Source: Elusimicrobiota bacterium
Lineage (GTDB): Bacteria; Elusimicrobiota; Elusimicrobia; UBA1565; UBA9628
Direction: 5' to 3'
Assembly: GCA_027406905.1 (NCBI GenBank)
Contig: DAHZHT010000007.1
Location: 1,024 to 65,023 of the forward strand
DNA length: 64,000 bases
A program made the position numbers and the translations under genes. Shown piece after piece: positions 32,565-41,186 of the stretch (its first letter is position 1; every line of letters begins with the position of its first letter). The notes under the pieces were generated by a model. The model saw nothing but the letters and a program-made list of their open reading frames with translations. It did not search any database and had not been told where the DNA came from.

Positions 32565-33316
32565 GGAGCTTTTCCGGAAGACCACAATTCTTCCAAATGG
32601 TTTTTGTCGCGCAAAGTGTCCATCGGCTGCCAAAATCCCTCGTGAAAATAAGCGCGAAGGCTTCCTTGTTGGGACAACTGCGCCAAAGGTTCTCTTTCCC
32701 AGATCATCTCATCTCCGGAGATTAAATCCAGGACTTGGGGCTCTAAGACAAAAAAACCGCCATTGATCCAAGCTCCATCCCCATGGGGCTTTTCAAGAAA
32801 ACGAAGAACGCTTGAGCCTTTCAGTTCAAGAGCCCCAAAACGCCCCGGAGGCTGAACCGCCGTCAAGGTCGCGAGGTTCTTATGCGAACGGTGAAAATCA
32901 ACGAGTTTTTGAATATCCACGTTCCCCACGCCGTCGCCGTAGGTCAGGCAAAAAGTCTTGTCGCCGACATAGTCTTTAACGCGCTTGATCCGACCGCCCG
33001 TCATCGTCGCCTCTCCGGTGTCCACCAAGGTCACCTTCCAGGGCTCCGCGCTATTTTGATGGATTTTCATCGAGTTATTGGCCATGTCAAAAGTGACATC
33101 GGACATATGGAGAAAATAATTGGCGAAATATTCCTTGATCATGTATCCCTTGTATCCCAGGCAAATAATGAAATCATGGATGCCGTAATGGGAATAGATT
33201 TTCATCACGTGCCACAAAATGGGTTTGCCGCCAATCTCAATCATCGGCTTTGGACGCAGGGACGTTTCCTCGCTGATGCGGGTGCCCAACCCCCCGGCCA
33301 GTATTACCGCTTGCAC
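32546..33316 (-). CDS. rfbF: Glucose-1-phosphate cytidylyltransferase
   Basis: 256 aa: (M)[66 protein letters not shown] start preceded by GGAGAAAG. Confidence 0.9.
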   Translation of the reverse strand: MQAVILAGGLGTRISEETSLRPKPMIEIGGKPILWHVMKIYSHYGIHDFIICLGYKGYMIKEYFANYFLHMSDVTFDMANNSMKIHQNSAEPWKVTLVDTGEATMTGGRIKRVKDYVGDKTFCLTYGDGVGNVDIQKLVDFHRSHKNLATLTAVQPPGRFGALELKGSSVLRFLEKPHGDGAWINGGFFVLEPQVLDLISGDEMIWEREPLAQLSQQGSLRAYFHEGFWQPMDTLRDKNHLEELWSSGKAPWKVWK

Positions 33317-33501
33317 TATCTTTCTCCGAACGCGCGCATATTGTTTATATTTTATCAGATTTTATGACGGTTCCAGGTTTAATCAAAGCCCACAGCCGCT
33401 CGGCTTTTTAGGGAACTTTTTACGCCTTTCATCCGTATGAATGATGACGGATGAGAAGTCTGGCGCGAACGTCGGGGAACTGCTAAAATAAGGAGGCAGA
33501 T

Positions 33502-33897
33502 ATGTTCGAAAAAGACACGGCAATGCGGATATTTATGACGTTTTTAGACCGAAAGGTCAAGGAAGCGGAAGAGGAAATCACCCAAAAAGGGGTTCTCTCG
33601 GATGACAAAGCCATTCCGCTCATGCTCAAAACCCAGTTCAATCACATCGCGCACTTAGAAGAAAGCGTCGACAGCGAATTCGGCAATATTCGCCGGCAAT
33701 TCAAGGAAGTCAATGAGAAGTTCGAGGAAGTCCGCCAACAGTTTAAGGCGGTTGATGAGCGGTTCGGAAAAATGGAAGAAAAATTCGATCATCGCTTTGA
33801 ACATTTGGAAAAACGTTTGGATTATTTAGGACGCAATGTGCTGACTGGTTTTAGCGCGCTGGCGACGCTCATGACTCTATTTCATTTCGTCCGCTGA
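33502..33897 (+). CDS. Small coiled-coil protein with C-terminal membrane anchor (function unknown)
   Basis: 131 aa with periodic F/E/K repeats (RRQFKEVNEKFEEVRQQFKAVDERFGKMEEKFDHRFEHLEKRL) and a hydrophobic tail LTGFSALATLMTLFHFV. AGGAGG lies 7 nt upstream. Confidence 0.5.
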   Translation: MFEKDTAMRIFMTFLDRKVKEAEEEITQKGVLSDDKAIPLMLKTQFNHIAHLEESVDSEFGNIRRQFKEVNEKFEEVRQQFKAVDERFGKMEEKFDHRFEHLEKRLDYLGRNVLTGFSALATLMTLFHFVR

Positions 33898-35277
33898 TTA
33901 AAACGACTGAATGATGTCCATATTGAAGGTGTATTGATCGCGCTTGGTTCCATCGTTATACGGCAGGGCGCCGGTTAAAGAGCGTTCATAGCGAATTTCC
34001 GGTCGGATCTCGGTTAAGGCCGAAAACTGATGCGTCACGCCGATCGTCCAACTGGCGTATTGAGAGGCAAAACCGGTTCTCTCTCCGTTGACGTCGTCAA
34101 GCCAATCATTGCGGACTGACAGAAAATTATTATCGTTAAGTTTATACTCCGTGTAATTGACCGCCCCCCAAGCGCTCGACAGGCCGGGAATAGGCGCCCC
34201 GCAGCCGCCGCCGCCGAACGCCGTGAGCGGTCCAAAATTGCAGGTGCCGCCCAACACCGCATTGTATTGATACAGATAATAAGCTTCGGTCTCGGTGAAA
34301 AAGCCGGGATTAAAACGGTGGCTCCAGGTCAGGTTCGATTCCTGCAAATTATCATGATTGGCGGTAAATTGTCCACCGTTCATCGAATCGACGCCGCCCC
34401 AGAGCGAATCGTTATTACTGGGAGACACCCAGCGAAGCATGGCTTGTCCCGTGGGTTGAGCCGCAGGAGCCCAAGGCGCAATATCATCTCCGGCGTTGAC
34501 TCCCAAGAGAAGAGTCCAAGTGTCGTTAAATTTAATCGCGGCATTGACGCCGGTCTGGGTGTAGGCGTCATAACTAAACATCAAGGAATGAGTGTAGAGA
34601 AAATTTTGGGGAGCGAACTGGGCCTCGATATCGGCGGGCGAAATGTACCGCCCGATGGTAAAAAGCGTTCCCTTGGCGATTTGAGGAACGTAAACCTGAA
34701 CGTTGGCCACCACCGGATCAAACCCATAAAGCTTATTTTGCTGTAAAAGTTGTTGGCTGAAATACCCTTGGGCGGTGGTGTAGCGATAATCCATGCCGTA
34801 GAGCCCGTCAAACTGAAAGCCCCAATCCACATGATCGGTTTGGACCGTGTCGGGAAGCCTCTCGGCCTGAAGAACGGCCTGATCGAGCTGAACGGAATTG
34901 GGAGCGATGTCATAGGTCATCGGTTCGTTAGAATGATTGGAACTGCTGGCGTTATATCCCGCGTCCACCCAGCCCGAGATAGAAATCTGATGGTCTTTCA
35001 GCCAATGAGAATGCCCCCAAAGAAAATCGTTGAGCGGGGATGTGGGAGCGGAGCTTGAAACCCCGATGGTCGGGCCCAAATATTCCGTCTGGGGAAAAAC
35101 CGAGTCGTAAGGCGTGGGCTTGGCGCGGCGGGAAACGGAATTTGAGTCGACGCTCGAAGATGAAACTTGCGGCGGCAAAGAAACGTTCTCCGCGCGGGAA
35201 GAGGGGCTCATCAAAAGCCCCAAACCGAGAAAAGCCACTCCGCAGAAAAATTTCAAATAATTTCGATACGACATCAA
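33898..35277 (-). CDS. Outer-membrane beta-barrel porin (OmpL-like/bbp2-type)
   Basis: 459 aa with signal peptide ...FLGLGLLMSPSSRAENV. It is rich in Y/G/N/W and alternating amphipathic strands, and ends in ...YTFNMDIIQSF (aromatic terminal beta-signal). Confidence 0.65.
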   Translation of the reverse strand: MMSYRNYLKFFCGVAFLGLGLLMSPSSRAENVSLPPQVSSSSVDSNSVSRRAKPTPYDSVFPQTEYLGPTIGVSSSAPTSPLNDFLWGHSHWLKDHQISISGWVDAGYNASSSNHSNEPMTYDIAPNSVQLDQAVLQAERLPDTVQTDHVDWGFQFDGLYGMDYRYTTAQGYFSQQLLQQNKLYGFDPVVANVQVYVPQIAKGTLFTIGRYISPADIEAQFAPQNFLYTHSLMFSYDAYTQTGVNAAIKFNDTWTLLLGVNAGDDIAPWAPAAQPTGQAMLRWVSPSNNDSLWGGVDSMNGGQFTANHDNLQESNLTWSHRFNPGFFTETEAYYLYQYNAVLGGTCNFGPLTAFGGGGCGAPIPGLSSAWGAVNYTEYKLNDNNFLSVRNDWLDDVNGERTGFASQYASWTIGVTHQFSALTEIRPEIRYERSLTGALPYNDGTKRDQYTFNMDIIQSF

Positions 35278-35389
35278 GATACTCTAACACGGGCCCCCGT
35301 TAAAAATCCATTAAAGCCGCGCTTCAAAAAGGGACTATCCCCTTTTTTGAGTCTTTGGGAAGCGGAGGAGGAAGTGATACAATGGAGCC

Positions 35390-35887
35390 ATGGCGCAGGA
35401 TTATTCTTTCGATGTCGTCAGCGAAGTGGATTTAAACCTGGTCGCGGAATCCATTCAGGTCGCGATGAAGGAAATCGCCAACCGCTTTGATTTCAAAGAC
35501 GCCCAGGCCTCCATCGAGCTTAATTCAAAGGATAAAAAGCTCATTTTCCGCGCGAAAGATCAAAACCGCATCGAGGCGGCTTTCGACATTCTCTCGATGC
35601 GAATGGCCAAGCGCGGCTTGCCGCTTAAAAATTTTAAAAAAGAAAAAGTGGAAACGGCTTTGGGGCAGACGGCCCGAATGGAGGTCTCCGTTCAGTCCGG
35701 AATACCGACGGACAAGGCCAAGGAAATGTCGGCGGCTCTTAAGGCGGCGAAACTCAAGGTCAATCCCTCGATTCAGGGAGATCAGTTGAGAGTTTCCAGC
35801 AAATCTAAAGACGATCTTCAGGCGGCGATGGCCCATCTTAAAAACGGAAATTTCGGCGTGGACCTTCAGTTCAAAAATTTCCGTTGA
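35390..35887 (+). CDS. yajQ: YajQ-family nucleotide (c-di-GMP)-binding protein, UPF0234
   Basis: 165 aa: MAQDYSFDVVSEVDLNLVAESIQVAMKEIANRFDFKD..., the family-typical N-terminus and length. Confidence 0.8.
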   Translation: MAQDYSFDVVSEVDLNLVAESIQVAMKEIANRFDFKDAQASIELNSKDKKLIFRAKDQNRIEAAFDILSMRMAKRGLPLKNFKKEKVETALGQTARMEVSVQSGIPTDKAKEMSAALKAAKLKVNPSIQGDQLRVSSKSKDDLQAAMAHLKNGNFGVDLQFKNFR

Positions 35888-38052
35888 TGAAATTTAAGCT
35901 TCTCATCGTTTCCGCTCTTTTTTTTCCGCGCTCCGCCGTCGCCGCTCAAACCGGCGCCTCTAACGTCCAACAATCCGACCCTTTTTTATGGCTGGAGCCC
36001 ACCAATTCGCCCAAAGCCCTCCAATGGGTCAAGGCCCAAAATCAAAAGACCCTGTCGGTTTTAACCCAGGACCCCAGATACAAGATCATTCGCGAGAAAA
36101 TTCTTAAGATTCTCGAAGCTCCGGACAAGCTTGCCTATCCCGGCCTGCGCGGGAAATGGGTTTACAATTTCTGGCAAGACCGCAGACACGTGCGCGGAGT
36201 TTGGCGCCGCGCCTTGATCTCCGATTACTCGACTCCCCATCCCCATTGGCAAAATCTATTGGATATCGACGAACTCGCCAAAAGAGAAAAGAAAAACTGG
36301 GTTTGGCAGGGAGCGGAGTGCCTGCCTTCCTCGCAAAAGCGTGCGCGGACGACTCAGGGGACGGCGTTTCGGCCGCGCCTGCCTTCCTCTTATCACCGCT
36401 GCCTTCTCAATCTCTCCGATGGAGGAACCGACGCGAAATTTGTCAGGGAATTTGATATCCCCTCGCGCTCTTTTGTCAAAGACGGGTTTAATCTCCCCAG
36501 CGCCAAATCCGAAGTGGCTTGGTTTAACCAAGACGCGATTTTAGTCGCGACCGATTTCGGCCCGGGAACCTTGACCAGCTCGGGGTATCCCAGAATCGTC
36601 AAACTCTGGAAGAGGCACACCCCCTTATCCCAAGCCCAAACCCTTTTTAAAGGAAAGAAAACCGACATGGAGGCCTACGGCTTCGTCAATTTCCGTCCCT
36701 CCGGATCCATTCCCGTCATCGTCAGAACTCCGGCTTTTTTCCGCTCGATTAATTATTGGATTTCGCCCCGTCAAAAACTCAAACGCATCCCGATTCCCGA
36801 GGACGCGGATTTAAAAGGCTTTTTTAAGGGCCTGGCCCTGGCCGTTTTGAGAAGCGATTGGAAAACCCCCTCCGGCAAATTTCTTCGGGGGGATTTAATC
36901 TCCTGGCCCCTGGCCGATATCGAGAAAGCTCACCCCGCGCGTTTTGTGTCCTTGGTTTATCGCCCCAAACTCCATGAGACCATTGAAGACGCGCTCGCGG
37001 CCAAAAGCGTGCTTTATCTCTCGATTCTCAAAAACGTGCGCGGCCAAATTTTGGAAGGCCGCCTTAAAAATTCCCGCTGGTCCTTAAGCGAAATCAAACT
37101 CCCCCAAAACGGCGCGACCGACATCGTCACCGGAGAAAGCCTTTCAAACACGATTTTCGCAAGCTACCAGGATTTTTTGACTCCGACCACGCTTTATCTT
37201 AAGGACCGCGCGGGGCTTAAGGCCGTCAAGAAACTTCCCGCGCGCTTTGACGCCCGGAATCTAGTCTCGGAACAAATCTGGACTCAAAGTAAAGACGGAA
37301 CACCCATCCCCTATTTTGTCATCCATCAAAAACAAATTAAGTTTGACGGCAAAAACCCGACCCTTCTTTACGGATATGGCGGATTTGAAATTTCGATGAC
37401 GCCATTTTACTCCGGCATCGTCGGAAAAATCTGGCTTAGAAAAGGGGGCGTCTATGCCCTGGCCGATATCCGCGGCGGCGGTGAATTTGGGCCGGCCTGG
37501 CATGAAGCGGCGCTTAAAACCCATCGCCAAAAAGCCTATGACGATTTCTTGGCTGTCGCGAAAGATCTTATCCGGAGAAAAATCACCTCGCCCCGTCATC
37601 TGGGAATCATGGGAGGATCCAACGGCGGGCTTTTGGTCGGAGCGGCCTTTACCGAAAAGCCCGGTCTTTTTAACGCCGTCGTTTGCCAGGTTCCGCTTTT
37701 AGACATGCTGCGCTACACCCACATCGGGGCCGGAGCCTCCTGGATCGCGGAATACGGAGATCCCAAAGATCCTAAAATAGCCGCCGCTATTAGCCGCTAC
37801 TCTCCCTATCAAAACGTAAAACCCGGCGTTCATTATCCGCGAGTTTTTTTCTTAAGCTCCAAAGACGATGACCGCGTCGCCCCAGCGCACGCCCGAAAAA
37901 TGGCGGCCAAGATGGAAGCTTTTGGAGATCCCGTTTTCTATTACGAGACTTCCGATGGCGGACACAGTCAAGCCGCTAATCTGAAAAAAGCGGCCAAAGA
38001 GGACGCGCTTGAGTACACCTACCTTTTTGAGCGCCTGTTCCCCAATAAATAG
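35884..38052 (+). CDS. Prolyl oligopeptidase family serine peptidase (S9A)
   Basis: 722 aa with a signal peptide, a beta-propeller-length N-terminal region and a C-terminal hydrolase domain. Catalytic motifs: GIMGGSNGGLLVG (GxSxGG), ...SKDDDRV (Asp) and ...SDGGHSQ (His). Confidence 0.8.
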   Translation: MMKFKLLIVSALFFPRSAVAAQTGASNVQQSDPFLWLEPTNSPKALQWVKAQNQKTLSVLTQDPRYKIIREKILKILEAPDKLAYPGLRGKWVYNFWQDRRHVRGVWRRALISDYSTPHPHWQNLLDIDELAKREKKNWVWQGAECLPSSQKRARTTQGTAFRPRLPSSYHRCLLNLSDGGTDAKFVREFDIPSRSFVKDGFNLPSAKSEVAWFNQDAILVATDFGPGTLTSSGYPRIVKLWKRHTPLSQAQTLFKGKKTDMEAYGFVNFRPSGSIPVIVRTPAFFRSINYWISPRQKLKRIPIPEDADLKGFFKGLALAVLRSDWKTPSGKFLRGDLISWPLADIEKAHPARFVSLVYRPKLHETIEDALAAKSVLYLSILKNVRGQILEGRLKNSRWSLSEIKLPQNGATDIVTGESLSNTIFASYQDFLTPTTLYLKDRAGLKAVKKLPARFDARNLVSEQIWTQSKDGTPIPYFVIHQKQIKFDGKNPTLLYGYGGFEISMTPFYSGIVGKIWLRKGGVYALADIRGGGEFGPAWHEAALKTHRQKAYDDFLAVAKDLIRRKITSPRHLGIMGGSNGGLLVGAAFTEKPGLFNAVVCQVPLLDMLRYTHIGAGASWIAEYGDPKDPKIAAAISRYSPYQNVKPGVHYPRVFFLSSKDDDRVAPAHARKMAAKMEAFGDPVFYYETSDGGHSQAANLKKAAKEDALEYTYLFERLFPNK

Positions 38053-38070
38053 GGACTGTCCCCATCTCCC

Positions 38071-38703
38071 ATGGAAATCATTTTTGAAGACGCCCATTTA
38101 ATCGTCGTTTCAAAAGCCTGTGGCGAGGTCGTCGTTTTTGGACGCAATTTCAAAGAAAAGCCGCTCAATTATCTCCTCTCGGAAAAATTGGGGCATTCCG
38201 TCTATCCGGTTCACCGCTTGGACAAAGAGACCAGCGGGGTGTGCCTTTTCGCCAAGGATATTCAAACCCAGCGCCTCTTATCGTCTCTTTTTGAAAACCG
38301 TAAAATTAAAAAAACCTATTGGGCCTTAGTTTCCGGAAAATTAGAGGGGGAAGGTTCTATTGACGCCGCGCTTAAATTATTTGGCTCCGGGAGAACCGGG
38401 GTCTCAAAAGAAGGAAAGCCGTCAAAAACTCTCTACCGCGCCCTTCAGAGCCGCGAGAACGCTTCTTTTCTGGAAGTTTCACCCCTGACCGGAAGGCGGC
38501 ATCAAATTCGCGCACACCTCTATTTTATCGGCCATCCCATCTTGGGGGATTCTCTCTACGGAAACCCCGCCATCGCGGCTCCGCGGCTCATGCTTCACGC
38601 GCTTAAAATTATAATTCCGGAGTCAAACTGGCCGAGCTTTGAAGCTCAGCCCCCCGCGGATTTTGAAAAATTCTCTCGAAGAATTCTAAATCAAGAAATA
38701 TAA
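38071..38703 (+). CDS. RluA-family pseudouridine synthase
   Basis: 210 aa with VHRLDKETSGVCLFAKD (catalytic Asp motif) and ...GRRHQIRAHL.... Confidence 0.8.
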   Translation: MEIIFEDAHLIVVSKACGEVVVFGRNFKEKPLNYLLSEKLGHSVYPVHRLDKETSGVCLFAKDIQTQRLLSSLFENRKIKKTYWALVSGKLEGEGSIDAALKLFGSGRTGVSKEGKPSKTLYRALQSRENASFLEVSPLTGRRHQIRAHLYFIGHPILGDSLYGNPAIAAPRLMLHALKIIIPESNWPSFEAQPPADFEKFSRRILNQEI

Positions 38704-39248
38704 ACAAAATTGTTGTCGGCTTGAGACAAAGAAGGAAGCTCAGCGTCTTTGGAAGACAAATACGGATGTTCGACCGGCCAGGAAATAGCGAGAGAAGAGT
38801 CGTTCCAAACAATTCCGCGCTCGTTTTCGGGAGACCAATACCCGGTCGTCCGGTAAAGCACGGCGGCTTCAGGACTTAAAGCGCAAAACCCATGAGCAAA
38901 ACCCTCCGGAACCCACAACATTCGATTGACGTCTCCGGAAAGCTCCAGAGCCGCCCAACGCCCGAAGGTGGGAGAGCCTTTGCGGATATCAACGGCGACA
39001 TCCCAAATTTTCCCGTAAACGCAGCGCACTAATTTGCCGATTCCGGCCGGGCGCTTTTGATAATGAAGCCCGCGAATCACCCCTTGGCGGGATTTTGAAA
39101 GATTATCCTGCACAAAGCGCGCGCCGGGAACGGCGGCAAAATCCTCTTCTCTCCAACTCTCCATGAAGATACCCCGCTCATCCGGAAAAACCTTTCCCTC
39201 AACAATCATGAGGCCGGGAATTTTATAGGGGGATAAATGCGCAGACAT
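38691..39248 (-). CDS. rfbC: dTDP-4-dehydrorhamnose 3,5-epimerase-fold protein (RmlC/RfbC family)
   Basis: 185 aa: ...FVQDNLSKSRQGVIRGLHYQ...GKLVRCVYGKIWDVAVDIR..SPTFG.W...VPEGFAHGF. Confidence 0.8.
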   Translation of the reverse strand: MSAHLSPYKIPGLMIVEGKVFPDERGIFMESWREEDFAAVPGARFVQDNLSKSRQGVIRGLHYQKRPAGIGKLVRCVYGKIWDVAVDIRKGSPTFGRWAALELSGDVNRMLWVPEGFAHGFCALSPEAAVLYRTTGYWSPENERGIVWNDSSLAISWPVEHPYLSSKDAELPSLSQADNNFVYIS

Positions 39249-40598
39249 TTAGGCGGCGATAGCCTGTTTTTTCCAGTACCGCTGGCCTTCGGGAGACAAG
39301 GTATAGACCGGGTCATAGTATTCATAACGCCGGGTCAAGGCGTCGGGGTCGTCTTTCTCAATAGAAGTGCGGTAATTTTTAGTCCAGTAGGAAATCCCTT
39401 TTTCCCGGTCGTAAGCGTCGACTTGATGAACCCATCTTTTACCGACCAGGGGAACGTCGCAAACAATTCTAGGAGTCGCAAAACCCGGAAGATATCCCAT
39501 GATATCGTGCTGAAGCTTTTGGGCTTCGTCGATAGAAACCCGCCAATGCTCGGAATTGGGAATCATATCGCAAACGTAAAAATAATAAGGCATGATTTTC
39601 GCGTGATCTAAAAGGGTAAAGCAAAGCTCTAAAAGATCTTGCGATGTCGCATTGACCCCGCGCAAAATCACCCCTTGATTGCGAACGTCGCGAAACCCCA
39701 ATTCCAAAATCTTTTTGGCGGCCTTGGCGACCAAGGGAGTGACCTGCGCGGCGTTATTGACATGGGTGTGAAGAGCGATATCCACTCCGCGCTCGCGGGC
39801 TTTTTTGGCTAAGCGCTCCAAGGCTCTTAAAACCTCGTCTTGCAAAAAATGTTGCGGAAGCCCCTGAAGCCCTTTGGACGCCAGGCGAATGTCCCGAATA
39901 TTAGGGATATCCATTAACGATGAGACAAAGGCTTCCAGCTGCGCGATTGGGACATTGGCGATATCGCCTCCGGAAACGACCACGTCCCGGACTGCGGGAG
40001 TTTTTTTCAAATAATCGAGGATGAGATCAAACCTTTTTTGCGGAAGGAGCTCGAATTTTCTTTTCTGGACCTGGGGAACGGAATTGCCGACCAAATCCAT
40101 GCGTGTGCAATGCCCGCAGTACTGCGGGCAGGTCGAAATCAATTCCGCCAAAACCTTGGTGGGATAGCGGTGAGTGAGTCCCTCGACCGCCCACATCTCG
40201 CTCTCGTGCAAACTATCTCTTTGAGACTTCGGGTGGTTCGGCCACTCCGGATGGCGGTCCGAAATCATCGGAATCATGTAGCGGCGCACGGGATCATGGC
40301 GCAAATCTTTTTCGTTCATCGTATTGAGCATCTGCGGGGGAATCAGCATCGACATCGTCGCATATTCTTTTTGATCGCGCTCGATTTCCAAGGCCAGGTC
40401 ATCGGTCAAATAAGCGCCCAGAGCATTTTTAAGCTCTTTAAGGTTTTTTATCGAGCGTTGGCGCTGCCACAAGGCGCTCTCCCATTCGGCGACAGTCGCG
40501 TCTTTAAAGCCGGGCAACCGCCGCCAGTCCGGCTCGACAAACGCCTTTTTGAGCGGGTAGGAAAACGGCTGAGAATTTTTCTGCTCTAAGTTCCCCAT
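39249..40598 (-). CDS. kamA: KamA-family radical SAM aminomutase (lysine 2,3-aminomutase-like)
   Basis: 449 aa with CPQYCGHCTRMD (CxxxCxxC) and ...VVVSGGDIANVP..., with KamA-type flanks. Confidence 0.75.
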   Translation of the reverse strand: MGNLEQKNSQPFSYPLKKAFVEPDWRRLPGFKDATVAEWESALWQRQRSIKNLKELKNALGAYLTDDLALEIERDQKEYATMSMLIPPQMLNTMNEKDLRHDPVRRYMIPMISDRHPEWPNHPKSQRDSLHESEMWAVEGLTHRYPTKVLAELISTCPQYCGHCTRMDLVGNSVPQVQKRKFELLPQKRFDLILDYLKKTPAVRDVVVSGGDIANVPIAQLEAFVSSLMDIPNIRDIRLASKGLQGLPQHFLQDEVLRALERLAKKARERGVDIALHTHVNNAAQVTPLVAKAAKKILELGFRDVRNQGVILRGVNATSQDLLELCFTLLDHAKIMPYYFYVCDMIPNSEHWRVSIDEAQKLQHDIMGYLPGFATPRIVCDVPLVGKRWVHQVDAYDREKGISYWTKNYRTSIEKDDPDALTRRYEYYDPVYTLSPEGQRYWKKQAIAA

Positions 40599-40613
40599 CT
40601 CCTGAATTATAAC

Positions 40614-41186
40614 TCAGTATCCCATGGGATTAAAAGAGCGCAGGAAATCAATAAAGGTATCGCGGTAATCTAAATAAACCGAGCGCGTGCTGGAAAGGGT
40701 GATAATCCAATAACTTTTCCCGCGGGGCAAAATGGCCACGTAAGAATGAAGATGCTTTTTTATCGACGGAAGACGTTCGCTCGGGAGCCAACGATTTTCG
40801 TTGATTTCAAACATGCGCGCGAAAGTGTCAGCGCCTCTAACCACGCGCAATAAAGTCGAAGAGCGCCCGGTCAGGGAATCGGAAGCCCGCATCCCCTCTA
40901 CCGCCTTGGTCAATGGAACAAAGCCGGGGCGGCTGGAATCAAACCAGTGAATGTCAATTCCGGTTCGGTAAACCCCGGTGGGGTCATCCGGCCCCAGGAT
41001 ATGGACGACATATCCCATCTGATCTTTTTCGCTAAAAGCCACCCACCCCTTAGGCAAGGAGCAGGAAAAATCCCGCCAAGGGGAGACGTAATCAGTCGAA
41101 CCATCCGAACCGGCGAAGGCCGAATATCCTAGCAACAAAATCGCCGCCAAAATCCCGAGTTTTTTTCCAATTCTTTTAAGGAACAT
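40614..41186 (-). CDS. Secreted/lipoprotein-like hypothetical protein
   Basis: The start is taken at the internal ATG, giving MFLKRIGKKLGILAAILLLGYSAFAGS (signal peptide). No recognisable domain. Confidence 0.5.
   Translation of the reverse strand: MFLKRIGKKLGILAAILLLGYSAFAGSDGSTDYVSPWRDFSCSLPKGWVAFSEKDQMGYVVHILGPDDPTGVYRTGIDIHWFDSSRPGFVPLTKAVEGMRASDSLTGRSSTLLRVVRGADTFARMFEINENRWLPSERLPSIKKHLHSYVAILPRGKSYWIITLSSTRSVYLDYRDTFIDFLRSFNPMGY

Noticed and set aside
35365-35392. Alternative start or leaderless reading for yajQ (TACAAT 6 nt before ATG 35390; another ATG at 35382)
   Set aside because: ATG 35382 is out of frame with the YajQ sequence. A GGAGGAGGAAG tract lies 14 nt upstream of 35390, so a conventional SD-led start cannot be excluded. 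It is not counted among the leaderless candidates.
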